A DNA stretch of 64,000 nt. Origin: an uncultured Candidatus Saccharibacteria bacterium (GTDB lineage Bacteria > Patescibacteriota > Minisyncoccia > Phycocordibacterales > Zambryskibacteraceae). The position numbers were made by a program, and so were the translations under genes. The notes under the pieces were generated by a model. It was not told where the DNA came from, made no database searches, and was given only the letters and a program-made list of their open reading frames with translations. This document shows positions 25,440 through 35,109 of the stretch, piece by piece (position 1 is the first letter of the stretch; every line of letters begins with the position of its first letter). The DNA is taken from NCBI GenBank assembly GCA_964349945.1, contig CAYGIH010000001.1:297218-361217 (forward strand), given 5' to 3'.

Positions 25440-25703
25440 ATGAAGAAAAAAATGTCAGCCGGCAAGATAGTTGCCATCGGCGCAGGTGTGGCCGCAGTCG
25501 GAGCAGGTGCTTATGCTCTACTCGGACCCAATGGGAAGAAGAATCAAAAGAAAGCGATGCGAGCAATAAAAAAAGTTGAGAAGAAAGTCGTAAAGGTAGC
25601 AAAGAAAGAGCTCAAGAAGAATGAAAAGCTCGTAAACAAAGGCAAAACCCTCGTAAACAAGGGTAAGGCTGTTGTAAAAAAGTTAGAGAAGCAAATTAAG
25701 TAA
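25440..25703 (+). CDS. Lys-rich small protein, hypothetical
   Basis: 87 aa. A Gly/Ala N-terminal stretch is followed by KK-rich repeats. Confidence 0.4.
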   Translation: MKKKMSAGKIVAIGAGVAAVGAGAYALLGPNGKKNQKKAMRAIKKVEKKVVKVAKKELKKNEKLVNKGKTLVNKGKAVVKKLEKQIK

Positions 25704-25706
25704 TCA

Positions 25707-26363
25707 TTAAACCGCCTTATCTGCAAAGACTACAAGTCTGTTGGGGCGGTTTTGTGTTTTAGCATCCCATTTACCTGAACAGGTGATGAGGTTTAAGTGA
25801 GCCTTGCCATCGTTTGAAGAAAATACTTCTGTGGCATCTGCATCATTGGCCATGATTTTTGTCTTCATTACTATAAAAGTGACTGTCACGCCATTTTCAT
25901 CTATCACTTTTATTTTGTCCCCTATTTTTATCTTGGATAGGTTATCAAAAACCGCTGGAATTCCATTCTTCCAACCAAAATGTCCTGCAATGGTCGCACT
26001 ACCTATGTCCCCTGGTTTGGGTCCGTACTTGTACCATCCTGTGTTTATAGGTCCAGCTGGAGAATCCATGGCTCCTTCCTTGGTTAGACCTAGTCGCTCG
26101 ATGGGTGCATCTACATTTATACTTGAAATGATTAGACGAGAAAGTTTTGGTTTGGAAGTATTTGCCACTATGACCTTCGCTTCCTCCGTACTGCTCTTGG
26201 TTATAGTGAGAGGTGTGGTGGTTGCTTCTACGACTTGAATTACATTTGCGGCTTGAACAAGATCTTTGTTTTGTTCGACAAATTTATCTGCATTAATCCA
26301 GAGAACGATAACCCCAACACAGACTAGTAATAAGACCCATTTTAGTGAGATAAGAGTCTTCAT
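25707..26363 (-). CDS. Sortase (transpeptidase)
   Basis: N-terminal TM segment, ATIAGHFGW (sortase AGH motif) and HLNLITCSGKW (TLxTC catalytic Cys). Confidence 0.8.
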   Translation of the reverse strand: MKTLISLKWVLLLVCVGVIVLWINADKFVEQNKDLVQAANVIQVVEATTTPLTITKSSTEEAKVIVANTSKPKLSRLIISSINVDAPIERLGLTKEGAMDSPAGPINTGWYKYGPKPGDIGSATIAGHFGWKNGIPAVFDNLSKIKIGDKIKVIDENGVTVTFIVMKTKIMANDADATEVFSSNDGKAHLNLITCSGKWDAKTQNRPNRLVVFADKAV

Positions 26364-26378
26364 AGATGTTTTGTGAGA

Positions 26379-27635
26379 TTAAACTAACTTCTTCTTATCA
26401 ACTAGAACTATCACCAAAGACAAGAGAGTGAAGATGCCAAGATAAGTAAGGAATACTGAGGCGAAGGAAGCTTCCTCTGTGTATAGTCCAGTATTTGGAA
26501 GAGCGGGTATAAAGTAAGGAGGAGGTACAAAGGTTGTTGTTGCTATAGAAGTAGTCGTAGCTGTTGGAGTAGTGTAAGTGGTAACTGTATTTCTTCGGTG
26601 TCCACCCAGTGTAGGGGCAGCAATATCATCATTTGTAACTGTACATTGATAATTTCCATCTGCTGAAAGTGTAATATTTCCATTTGCATCACAATCTCCT
26701 GCAAATGATTGAGTGTAATTTACATCTGAAGTTTCTGTTATTGCATAAGTTGTAGCCGCAAAGTTATTTAGTATTCCTGAAACAACAGCTGTCGCACCTA
26801 CAAACAATGGGAAGTCTGAAACTATTTTTGTTCTACCGCTGTCATTAATAACCGTCTTAGTAATTGTTAATGAGGCTGGGTTAGAACAAGAAGGCACAGT
26901 GATAGTATTTATGGCTGCGATTCCACCGTTTGAAGTAACTGTTCCTCCATAAGCAAGTGCTCGTCCTACCCAATCAACCGTATCTCCGATAGTGATTCCT
27001 GCTGCATCTAGAACTGTTCCCTTGAATGTTGAATTCGCACCAAGAGTTGTGGCTGCAACTGGAGTCCAAAAGACATCACAAGCCGAAGCGCCGTTTAGGA
27101 CAACTGAAGTATTGGCACCTGTAGTGACTGCTCCACCTGTTGATTTGAAAATATAAGTTCCAGATCCATTTAGAGTGATGGAACCGTTGTCAACAATATT
27201 CATGGCTCCTGCTCGATAGTAACAACCTGGAGGAAAGTGCCCTGGTGTTCCTCCATTTATGACTATGGCATCCAAGTTGCCAACTTCACCAATATTTGTA
27301 CAACTTAAGAGATATTGGTTGTTTAGATTAGCTAGAGCAGCATTTTGGGCAATACCGGCAGCTGTCCAAGCGGCATTGTTTACTTCTGTAGTACCGTTTG
27401 AAGTATTGATTATCCCTAGTCCTGCTATAGAAGAATAGCCGAGAACTCCTAAGGTATTACCTACCACACCAGTGATGGTAGTCGTGGCATTGTGTTGAAA
27501 CAAGTTAGAAATGAGGCCAAAGGTGTTGGCTGTCCCTAGAGAAGGAGTTGTGGCTGCAAGAGCTCTATTTGGCCCTATAAGAGAGAATAGAGCAAACATT
27601 ACCAAACTTGGGATTATATAGTTAATTTTTTTCAT
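26379..27635 (-). CDS. LPXTG-anchored surface protein with an ice-binding-like (DUF3494) N-terminal domain
   Basis: Signal peptide, then LGTANTFGLISN…TTITGVVGN (DUF3494-like). A Thr-rich stalk follows, and the C-terminus has LPNTG, a hydrophobic segment and KKK. Confidence 0.8.
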   Translation of the reverse strand: MKKINYIIPSLVMFALFSLIGPNRALAATTPSLGTANTFGLISNLFQHNATTTITGVVGNTLGVLGYSSIAGLGIINTSNGTTEVNNAAWTAAGIAQNAALANLNNQYLLSCTNIGEVGNLDAIVINGGTPGHFPPGCYYRAGAMNIVDNGSITLNGSGTYIFKSTGGAVTTGANTSVVLNGASACDVFWTPVAATTLGANSTFKGTVLDAAGITIGDTVDWVGRALAYGGTVTSNGGIAAINTITVPSCSNPASLTITKTVINDSGRTKIVSDFPLFVGATAVVSGILNNFAATTYAITETSDVNYTQSFAGDCDANGNITLSADGNYQCTVTNDDIAAPTLGGHRRNTVTTYTTPTATTTSIATTTFVPPPYFIPALPNTGLYTEEASFASVFLTYLGIFTLLSLVIVLVDKKKLV

Positions 27636-27668
27636 ATTTTATTTGATGTTTAATGGTTCATATCTATA

Positions 27669-27694
27669 GACGCACCGGAAGCTGTAATATTACA
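27669..27694 (-). promoter_or_regulatory. ECF-type promoter candidate TGTAAT-N16-CGTC upstream of the LPXTG/sortase operon
   Basis: Minus sense reads tgtaat attacagcttccggtg cgtc. It ends about 34 nt upstream of the ATG at 27635. The same motif occurs upstream of the ECF sigma gene. Confidence 0.45.
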
Positions 27695-28271
27695 GTGCTG
27701 TAATGGAGTTCTCTTTTAAAACGTTAATTTCCTTCTCTAATTTGTGAATGTGTAATTCCATCTTTTTTGTTTTCTCTGTGAATTTATCTGTAAGTCGATT
27801 GGCATGTTGAGCTACTGTCCCAGCTACAGCCATCATGTCTGTAATATCCTCCATGGCGAGCAGTATTATAGGTGGAAATGTACCAGAAGTGGTCTCTTCT
27901 TCAGAGTGAATCTGACGAGCATTCAAAATCATCACCTTGTGCCCAATAAATGGAAACTCATGTTCGACTTCAAAGCCTTTGAAAAAGGTGTTCTTGGGTA
28001 AAATATCTTCTAGTAGTTTTTTTAGAGCGGGAATATCCCATTGACCATCCCCAAGTTCATAAACAACCTTTTTTTCTGTGTCTCTTTGTTCGACTTGAAA
28101 AGTTCTATAAAAAGCTTCGTTGGCAGTCATGACTCTGAGATCCTTATCAAGAATCAAAACTGGTTCTCGCACAACATCCACCACTGTTTTGATGTATGTC
28201 CAACTTTTATTCCACATTTTTTCTATATCTGTCTGCGGATCATCTCGTCTGCGGTTTATTTGTGTTTGCAT
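27690..28271 (-). CDS. PAS-domain protein with a C-terminal coiled coil
   Basis: EPVLILDKDLRVMTANEAFYRTF is a PAS fold signature. No output domain was recognised. Confidence 0.55.
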   Translation of the reverse strand: MQTQINRRRDDPQTDIEKMWNKSWTYIKTVVDVVREPVLILDKDLRVMTANEAFYRTFQVEQRDTEKKVVYELGDGQWDIPALKKLLEDILPKNTFFKGFEVEHEFPFIGHKVMILNARQIHSEEETTSGTFPPIILLAMEDITDMMAVAGTVAQHANRLTDKFTEKTKKMELHIHKLEKEINVLKENSITAL

Positions 28272-28417
28272 ATCTCAAAAGACGTCTTTCTAAGCAAATG
28301 ATTACAAGAAATAACAGTTTTATAAATGTGCTATACTATAGGTGTTTGGATGTCCCCCTTTCGTGCAACATTACTGTAATGCCGTACTAGGCATACTCCT
28401 CTAAATTCACACATTAT

Positions 28418-28444
28418 TGTAATACTTCGGTAATAAAACACGTC
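28418..28444 (+). promoter_or_regulatory. ECF-type promoter candidate TGTAAT-N17-CGTC upstream of the sigma factor gene
   Basis: tgtaat at 28418-28423, a 17-nt spacer, then cgtc at 28441-28444. It lies 24 nt upstream of the ATG at 28468. Confidence 0.45.
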
Positions 28445-28467
28445 TTTGGACGTCTCTAATTACATAT

Positions 28468-28986
28468 ATGACTAAGAAACAGGAAATAAAGAGAAATGAT
28501 GTAATGACTACAGCCCATCATGACTTCAACAAGGGGCTCAATACTCATGCCTTCTTTAAGGTGCACGACCACAACCTCGGTGAAGATTTGGTTCAAGAGA
28601 CTTTTTTGAAGACTTGGAGCTACTTGGTCAAAGGAGGAAAAATCGACGTCATGAAAGCCTTTCTCTATCACATCCTAAATAACCTAATCATCGATGAATA
28701 TAGAAAGAAAAAAGCTACTTCACTCGAAGTATTGATGGAAAAGGGGTTCGAACCAAGCAACAATGATGCTGAAAATATTTTTAATGCCTTGGATGGTAAG
28801 GCACTCCTTCTACTCATTCAACGTCTCCCCATTAACTATCAAAAGATAATGCGCATGCGTTTTATCCAGGATCTATCACTATCTGAGATGTCTCTTATTA
28901 CTGGTAAAACGAAGAACACCCTAGCTGTACAAGTACACCGAGGTTTAGAAAAACTTAGACATCTATACGACCCTGTAATACTTTAA
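28468..28986 (+). CDS. ECF-subfamily RNA polymerase sigma factor
   Basis: Region 2 (LVQETFLKTW…DEYRKKK) and region 4 (LPINYQKIMRMRFIQDLSLSEMSLITGKTKNTLAVQVHRGLEKLR). Confidence 0.85.
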   Translation: MTKKQEIKRNDVMTTAHHDFNKGLNTHAFFKVHDHNLGEDLVQETFLKTWSYLVKGGKIDVMKAFLYHILNNLIIDEYRKKKATSLEVLMEKGFEPSNNDAENIFNALDGKALLLLIQRLPINYQKIMRMRFIQDLSLSEMSLITGKTKNTLAVQVHRGLEKLRHLYDPVIL

Positions 28987-29008
28987 CCCTGACCACGGCA
29001 CGATATGT

Positions 29009-29782
29009 ATGAATAAAAATACAATCATTGGAGGGTTAATCATATTACTAATAATCGGAGGATTTATTATTTACAACAAACCTAGTACTGCCCCATTGTC
29101 TGAAAACAATGTCGCTGATACTACAGAGGAGACCACAAATGTGGTTTCTGATGAGACAAGACAAGGAAATGTGCCTATTATAACTACGAGTGACAAAGTC
29201 GCTCCATCAGACACCACTATGGTAGTCACTGGATCAGTAAACCCAAATGGGGCCTTTACTAACTATTGGTATGAATACGGACTTACAACAAATCTCGGTT
29301 TAAAAACACCTAGCCAGTCAGTGGGGTCAGGATTTGTCTCTATCCCTGCACCAGCGTATATCACTGGACTCAAACAAAGCACCACTTACTATTTCCACCT
29401 TGTTGGAGAAAATCAATTTGGGAAGGCTATCGGTTCAAGATATTCATTTGTCACTACTCAAAATATTCCTGCTCCTACTGGAAGTTCTCCGGTTAGTAAA
29501 ACAATAGCTGCAAGCAAGGTGTCAAGAACTACAGCCACTTTGAATGGTCAAATTAGCTCAAACAAGGCTATCACTCAGTACTGGTTTGAATATGGAACAA
29601 CTCCAAACCTCGGTAATACTACCTCGTTCACCACTCTTGGTTCAGATAATTCAAACATCTTTGTATCTTTACCACTCTCTGGTTTAAGTCCAAATACTAC
29701 TTACTACTTTAGAGTAGACGCTCAAAATCAATTCAGTACGGTCAATGGATCAACCTTAAGCTTCAAAACCAACAAAAATTAA
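29009..29782 (+). CDS. Membrane-anchored protein with two FN3-like tandem repeats
   Basis: N-terminal TM segment. Two ~95-aa repeats (…NYWYEYGLTTNLG…TTYYFHLVGENQFG and …QYWFEYGTTPNLG…TTYYFRVDAQNQFS). It is co-directional with the sigma gene, separated by a 22-nt gap. Confidence 0.55.
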   Translation: MNKNTIIGGLIILLIIGGFIIYNKPSTAPLSENNVADTTEETTNVVSDETRQGNVPIITTSDKVAPSDTTMVVTGSVNPNGAFTNYWYEYGLTTNLGLKTPSQSVGSGFVSIPAPAYITGLKQSTTYYFHLVGENQFGKAIGSRYSFVTTQNIPAPTGSSPVSKTIAASKVSRTTATLNGQISSNKAITQYWFEYGTTPNLGNTTSFTTLGSDNSNIFVSLPLSGLSPNTTYYFRVDAQNQFSTVNGSTLSFKTNKN

Positions 29783-30603
29783 CTACTTCTTCGTGCATAA
29801 GCTTCTATGAGATTCTCAAACAAAGCACAAACAGTCATAAGACCAACTCCACCAGGGACAGGAGTGATCGCCGAGACAATCTCCTTCACATCTTCATAGT
29901 TCACATCTCCACATAGAACCTTTTTACCTTCTTTGTCCTGACTGACATTGATACCCACATCTATAACTACCTGCCCCTCTCGTATGTACGAAGGATCCAC
30001 TAATTTTGGTTTGCCTATGGCCACCACGAGAATTTCTGCTTGTTTAGTCACCTCTCTAATATTCTCTGTTTGGCTATGGGCGACAGTCACCTTGGCCCCA
30101 AGGTTTAGTAAAGCCTCGGCAGTTGGTTTGCCTACAAGTTTTGACCTTCCCATCACTACAACATTCTTCCCCACTGGATTGATTTTATAATAATTAAGTA
30201 AATTCAATATTCCTCGGGTGGTGGCGGGCATGAAATTCGTGGTGCTAGTCAAACCATCTACATCCTTGGATGGAACAATTGTTTGTATGATTTCATTTTC
30301 ATCAAAACCTTTTAGTAGTGGAAGTTGAACAATTATTCCGTGAACATTCTCATCTGTATTTAAATTTCTTATTTCTTCGATTATTTGTTCTTGGGGTTTA
30401 TCTGCTTTGGATTTAATATGCCTAACTACTGCTCCAATTTTCTCCCCAAAGATTTGCTTTTGTCTGATATAAACTCCTGATTCTTCATTGTCTCCAATCT
30501 GAATAATGGCCAAGGTTGGTTTAGAAGAAAAATTTTCAATTTTCTGTTTAAGCTGTTCAATAATTCTTTCCCTAACTGTTTTACCTTCTAGTATTAGAGT
30601 CAT
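29779..30603 (-). CDS. folD: Bifunctional methylenetetrahydrofolate dehydrogenase/cyclohydrolase
   Basis: GKTAEALLNLGAKVTVAHS…PVPGGVGLMTVCALFEN and overall FolD collinearity. Confidence 0.9.
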   Translation of the reverse strand: MTLILEGKTVRERIIEQLKQKIENFSSKPTLAIIQIGDNEESGVYIRQKQIFGEKIGAVVRHIKSKADKPQEQIIEEIRNLNTDENVHGIIVQLPLLKGFDENEIIQTIVPSKDVDGLTSTTNFMPATTRGILNLLNYYKINPVGKNVVVMGRSKLVGKPTAEALLNLGAKVTVAHSQTENIREVTKQAEILVVAIGKPKLVDPSYIREGQVVIDVGINVSQDKEGKKVLCGDVNYEDVKEIVSAITPVPGGVGLMTVCALFENLIEAYARRSS

Positions 30604-30755
30604 AAATAGAATTATATCTTATTTATCTTGGTCCAAAGTACCATCAATCTTTCACTCAAATCTAAGGGTAATTATATTGACATTTGAAGCAAAATATGCT
30701 ATTATCTATATTAGCTAAGTGTAACCACTTTGTTCTCTACAGCGCAAGGAGCTTT

Positions 30756-31265
30756 ATGCCACTATTCAGGGTAGCCGTACCAACGACAACCATTCTGGCT
30801 CAAAACCCCAGCAATCCATTCTGGATTGCGGTGTTCCGGAGTGGGAAGAAGCACAACGGCAAACTTGTCCTCCCCGGAGGTCGAGTGAGAGTTGGTTATC
30901 AGAACCACCTCGTTACCGGCGAACGCGAACTCGAAGAAGAGCTCTCGATACACATCGTCGAACCGCAGTTCTTCTGCGTTTCCGACAATCCACTTCGTGA
31001 TGTGAGAATCATCCCGATTGAGAAGTTGGCGGATGGAAATCCCATCCCACCAGAACTCGTCGGCATGTCGTTCGAAGGTCACTTCTGCTTCGACATCTCC
31101 ATCTACGGCGAACCAACCGCTGATGGAGAAGAAGGAGTAGAGGCGTTCTGGTACGATCTTCGTACACTCAACACTGATGAATTCACCCTCGACCACGGCA
31201 TCCTCGCCATGCGCTTCCGAATTTTCCTCGAGACCGGCCAAAAGCCAGAACTCGGCGATATCTAA
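30756..31265 (+). CDS. Nudix hydrolase (GC-rich)
   Basis: Nudix box LPGGRVRVGYQNHLVTGERELEEELSI. RBS AAGGAG lies 4 nt before the ATG at 30756. The antisense ORF 30762..31274 was rejected. Confidence 0.65.
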   Translation: MPLFRVAVPTTTILAQNPSNPFWIAVFRSGKKHNGKLVLPGGRVRVGYQNHLVTGERELEEELSIHIVEPQFFCVSDNPLRDVRIIPIEKLADGNPIPPELVGMSFEGHFCFDISIYGEPTADGEEGVEAFWYDLRTLNTDEFTLDHGILAMRFRIFLETGQKPELGDI

Positions 31266-31308
31266 CCACGCCACAACGAACCCGTCTGTTGTAGGCGGGT
31301 TTGTTGTT

Positions 31309-32808
31309 TTATTTCTCCAAATCCAATGTTTCGTCTATACGGATTTTCTCTACAAAATCTGGGGCGTGGGAGACTAGGACCATCGCTCCTTCATATTTGT
31401 TCAAAGCTTCTGCGATGATGGGCAGGTGACGAAAATTTATATGGTTTGTAGGTTCATCGAGTATTAGAAGTCCGGGCTTTTGTAGAACCAATCGTGCGAA
31501 AGCCACTAACCCCTTCTGTCCCTCTGATAGACTACCTATTTTTTTATTTATAAAATCTCCAGTTATGAGAAAACCCGCTGCCACAGAGCGCATATTTTCT
31601 TCTATCTTTTCTTTCATCACAGACATAAGAGATTCCTTGACTGTATCCTCAAAATTTAAAGTAGAAAAATCTTGTCTATAATATCCGACATTGGTGCCAG
31701 ACATAATCTCTGAACCCTCTGCTTTGCCCCCAGCAATGGCTTCGAGCAAGGTACTCTTACCTATCCCATTTGGACCTTTAAGGAGCAGATGCTTTTTCTG
31801 TCTAAGAATCACATTGGCTTTTCTCTTCACTGGTTTATGAGTCTTTGGGCTAAGCACAGAGAAAAAAGAGATGGTGAGAATATTCCCAATTAATCCTGCT
31901 TGGGTAGGTATGGTGAAGGGACGAATGGTTTTATCTTCCCTCCTTGTATCTACCATACTTTCTTCAAGCTCTTCTGCCTTATCCCTCATACGACGAGCAA
32001 CGAGGCGCATTTGTCCTCCTTTGTTCGCGAAGAAGTTTGCCTTATCCTTGTTGGCTTGAATCTCTTTCTCCTTTAGTGCATTTGCTCGCCTGTCTTTCTC
32101 CATCTTTACTTTAATCTGCTCAACCACATCAAAATAGTTTCCAACATATTGCTCCACCTTTTGGGTGAAAACATCGAGATATAAAACTCCATCAGTAAAA
32201 GCATTTAGAAAATCTGCATCGTGAGAAATAACCATCACCGTCTTATTATAGTTCTTTAGAAATTCTGTGAGGTGTGATATCCCCGCTTTATCCAAATTGT
32301 TTGTTGGTTCATCAAGGAGTAATAAATCTGGATCTTGGATAAGTGCAGAAGCGAGAAGTAGTCGTGCTTGTTGCCCACCAGAAAAAGTCCTCACAATACG
32401 GTCATGCATCTTCTCATGACCCTTGAGATTCACAACCTCGAGTACATCATCAATCTTTGGATCTATGTCATGGATCTTGCCCGTTTTTCTACGAAGGCCG
32501 GCTTCAGCAGAATCCTGAAAAGCCTTTTGGAAAAAGTCCCTGACTGTGAGATCGAGTTCATTTCTAGGAATTACCTGACGCGCGATAGCTATGGTGATAT
32601 TGTTTGAAATAATCACATTACCTTCTTCTGGTCGTAGGGCTTTGGTTATGAGACCGAACATAGTACTCTTTCCCCCACCGTTTTGACCCATAATGGTTAT
32701 CTTCGAATTCCTGCGTACACTAAAATTCACCTCATTTAGAATGGGTTTGTTTTCTTCATAATGAAAGCTTAAATTTTCAAATCTAAGTATTACCTCTCCG
32801 CTCGACAT
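31309..32808 (-). CDS. ABC-F family ATPase (tandem ABC domains, translation-associated)
   Basis: Two Walker A motifs (GQNGGGKST and GPNGIGKST), two signature/Walker B regions and no TM segments. Confidence 0.85.
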   Translation of the reverse strand: MSSGEVILRFENLSFHYEENKPILNEVNFSVRRNSKITIMGQNGGGKSTMFGLITKALRPEEGNVIISNNITIAIARQVIPRNELDLTVRDFFQKAFQDSAEAGLRRKTGKIHDIDPKIDDVLEVVNLKGHEKMHDRIVRTFSGGQQARLLLASALIQDPDLLLLDEPTNNLDKAGISHLTEFLKNYNKTVMVISHDADFLNAFTDGVLYLDVFTQKVEQYVGNYFDVVEQIKVKMEKDRRANALKEKEIQANKDKANFFANKGGQMRLVARRMRDKAEELEESMVDTRREDKTIRPFTIPTQAGLIGNILTISFFSVLSPKTHKPVKRKANVILRQKKHLLLKGPNGIGKSTLLEAIAGGKAEGSEIMSGTNVGYYRQDFSTLNFEDTVKESLMSVMKEKIEENMRSVAAGFLITGDFINKKIGSLSEGQKGLVAFARLVLQKPGLLILDEPTNHINFRHLPIIAEALNKYEGAMVLVSHAPDFVEKIRIDETLDLEK

Positions 32809-32839
32809 AGACTACGAGGATACCATAAATTGCGCCAAT

Positions 32840-33235
32840 TTACATAAACCAAACGACGTAAGCCATGACTGTGAAGTTTATAGCCGAGACAACACACCAC
32901 GTGCAGAAGGCTCTGAGGACGAAAGCTTGAACATAAGTAAAATACATTGAGAAGAGAAAGCCGAAAGTGACAATATACTTTACCCAAAGAAACGAAGCCT
33001 GACCCAAACTAAAATAATAAGTGAAGACTAGAATCAAAACATACATCGCAAACCCTGCGTACGAGTTAGGAATCCCCAATGTTTTACTCTGTGGACTATG
33101 TTGAACTTTGTAGCACCACTCTTTAGGGAAGAAGATACAAGCCACGTCTGTCCCCTTCATCTTGTGGTAAATGAGGTAAAGAGTATCTAAAACACCAATC
33201 ACTCCACAAATATACAAAATGTTTAATGCGGTCAT
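32840..33235 (-). CDS. Vitamin K epoxide reductase (VKOR) family membrane protein
   Basis: Loop cysteines (GTDVACIFFPKEWC) and a TM4 CTWC redox motif. Confidence 0.65.
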   Translation of the reverse strand: MTALNILYICGVIGVLDTLYLIYHKMKGTDVACIFFPKEWCYKVQHSPQSKTLGIPNSYAGFAMYVLILVFTYYFSLGQASFLWVKYIVTFGFLFSMYFTYVQAFVLRAFCTWCVVSAINFTVMAYVVWFM

Positions 33236-33277
33236 TTTATTTGATTATTTTTAACTCCTTAATTATAACTCCAAAAG

Positions 33278-34156
33278 TTATTTATAGTGCTCAAAAATCG
33301 CTTTTATACCTTCTAGATTTTTCTCCCACTCAATTCCCTCATGAGTCGTCAGCTCTACAGTAAACGCTGGGATATTTATAGAAGCAAGCCAGTCGTCCGC
33401 ACCTCCGGTCGTCGCATAAGCATCAAAAGTTTTAGAAACCTTATATCCAGAAGCCTTTCCATATGCAGTAATTAGACTCAGTGTCTCTGGGAGTATTCCG
33501 TTCTCACATTGTGATGCATAAACTGTGCCTGACTGACTGTGCCAAAAAACCACCACGGCTGATTTATCTTTAAAAACAAAATTTTTAATCGCCTGTGCTT
33601 CAGGTTCAGAAAAAGGTGCGGTGCCAGCGCTGACCACCTTGCTCTGCCAAGTACTCTTTGGTTGCCACTTACAATCAAAATTTCGATTCAGATCAACCTT
33701 GTTCGCATTAAACCTACCTGAAGCCAAGACTTCTTTGTTTGTGGGTACATCTTCACTATCAAATCGTCCCTCCTTCCCAACAACTTTATACAAACCATCA
33801 GGATTGGCAGAAGGAATAACTGTCACTGTTAAATAATTTGGGATAAATCTTGGATTCGCATTTAAATAATCCATAAATTCATAAGCCAAAACAACACTAT
33901 TCCATTCATAACCCCCGTGTATACCTCCAACAAAGGCAATATGAGTTTCGCCTGTGCCATAAGTATAAGCATTAATTTTTCTACCTTGTACAGATTCTCC
34001 GATAACTGTATGAACGGTACTTAAAACAACATCTTCTGGAACTGGTAATACAGGAAGGGGTTCTGTTTTATTTTTTAATAACAGAAAAACTCCTATGGCT
34101 AAAACAATAAATACCAGACTGACTACGAATACTTGCTTACCTGAGTAGGTTCGCAT
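33278..34156 (-). CDS. M14 family zinc carboxypeptidase (secreted), paralogue A
   Basis: GGIHGGYEW (the H..E zinc ligands) and NANKVDLNRNF motifs, with an N-terminal TM/signal segment. Confidence 0.75.
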   Translation of the reverse strand: MRTYSGKQVFVVSLVFIVLAIGVFLLLKNKTEPLPVLPVPEDVVLSTVHTVIGESVQGRKINAYTYGTGETHIAFVGGIHGGYEWNSVVLAYEFMDYLNANPRFIPNYLTVTVIPSANPDGLYKVVGKEGRFDSEDVPTNKEVLASGRFNANKVDLNRNFDCKWQPKSTWQSKVVSAGTAPFSEPEAQAIKNFVFKDKSAVVVFWHSQSGTVYASQCENGILPETLSLITAYGKASGYKVSKTFDAYATTGGADDWLASINIPAFTVELTTHEGIEWEKNLEGIKAIFEHYK

Positions 34157-35109
34157 TATTGAGAATAATATTCTAAGAGAGCTTTAATTCCCTTTTGGTT
34201 TTTATCTAATTCTGTATCTGTGTGGTTTGTGAGGAGAACACTAATGGCTGGAACCTTAACCTTGGCCAACCAATTAACCATGTCACCAGTTGTCGCATAC
34301 GCATCAAAGGTATCATAAGCCTTATAGCCAGACGCCTTGGCATAAAGTTGTGTGATGGTCTTTGTTTGAGGAAGGATGCCATCTCCACAACTTGAAGCGT
34401 AGACCCCACCAGCAGCGCTGTACCACACGACGACCGCTTTTGGTTTATTTTTCTCTACATAGTTTTTTATAATTAGACTTTCTGGTTCAGAAAATACTGT
34501 CCCTCCTCCACTGACTGTTGTATTTTGCCACTTGGCATTTGTTTGCCAATTGCAGTCAAAATTGCGACTCAAATCTACCTTGTTCGCATTAAACCTGCTC
34601 GCAGTAAGTATTGTTTGTGACTTCGATACATCCTCTGGAGCAAATCTGCCTGTCTTGCCTGTGGCTTTATACAGACCATCTGGGTTTAGTACTGGGATAA
34701 CTGTAACCTTTGTGTTGGTGGGAATAACAGATGGATTGGCCTTCAAATAATCCATTGTCTCGAATGCAACAAGAGCCGTGTTCCAAGAATATCCACCATG
34801 AATATCTCCAACGAGTAATAACTCTCTATCTCCTGTCCCAAAGTAATATGCAGTGATATCTCTTCCTTCTACTGATCTACCTATAACTACTTCTTCTTTA
34901 TTTTGAGTAATTGGAGCTGGATTAGCTGGTGCTTCACCTGTGGGTATGTCTACATCTAAAGCACTTGGAACCTCGGCTACTTTGGTTGGGTTTGAATAAT
35001 TCTTAATAAAAAAATACCCTCCTATAATAATACCTATGGCTAAAATCGTGATAAAAGTGTTTTTCATAAACCCATTATAACACGAACCAAATATGTTTTT
35101 CTTAGTCAA
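34156..35109 (-). CDS. M14 family zinc carboxypeptidase (secreted), paralogue B
   Basis: GDIHGGYSW and NANKVDLSRNF. It is collinear with paralogue A at about 45% identity by eye. Confidence 0.75.
   Translation of the reverse strand: MTKKNIFGSCYNGFMKNTFITILAIGIIIGGYFFIKNYSNPTKVAEVPSALDVDIPTGEAPANPAPITQNKEEVVIGRSVEGRDITAYYFGTGDRELLLVGDIHGGYSWNTALVAFETMDYLKANPSVIPTNTKVTVIPVLNPDGLYKATGKTGRFAPEDVSKSQTILTASRFNANKVDLSRNFDCNWQTNAKWQNTTVSGGGTVFSEPESLIIKNYVEKNKPKAVVVWYSAAGGVYASSCGDGILPQTKTITQLYAKASGYKAYDTFDAYATTGDMVNWLAKVKVPAISVLLTNHTDTELDKNQKGIKALLEYYSQ

Noticed and set aside
30762-31274. 170-aa minus-strand ORF
   Set aside because: It is antisense to the plus-strand ORF that carries a canonical Nudix box and a good RBS. 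GC-rich regions generate long shadow ORFs.
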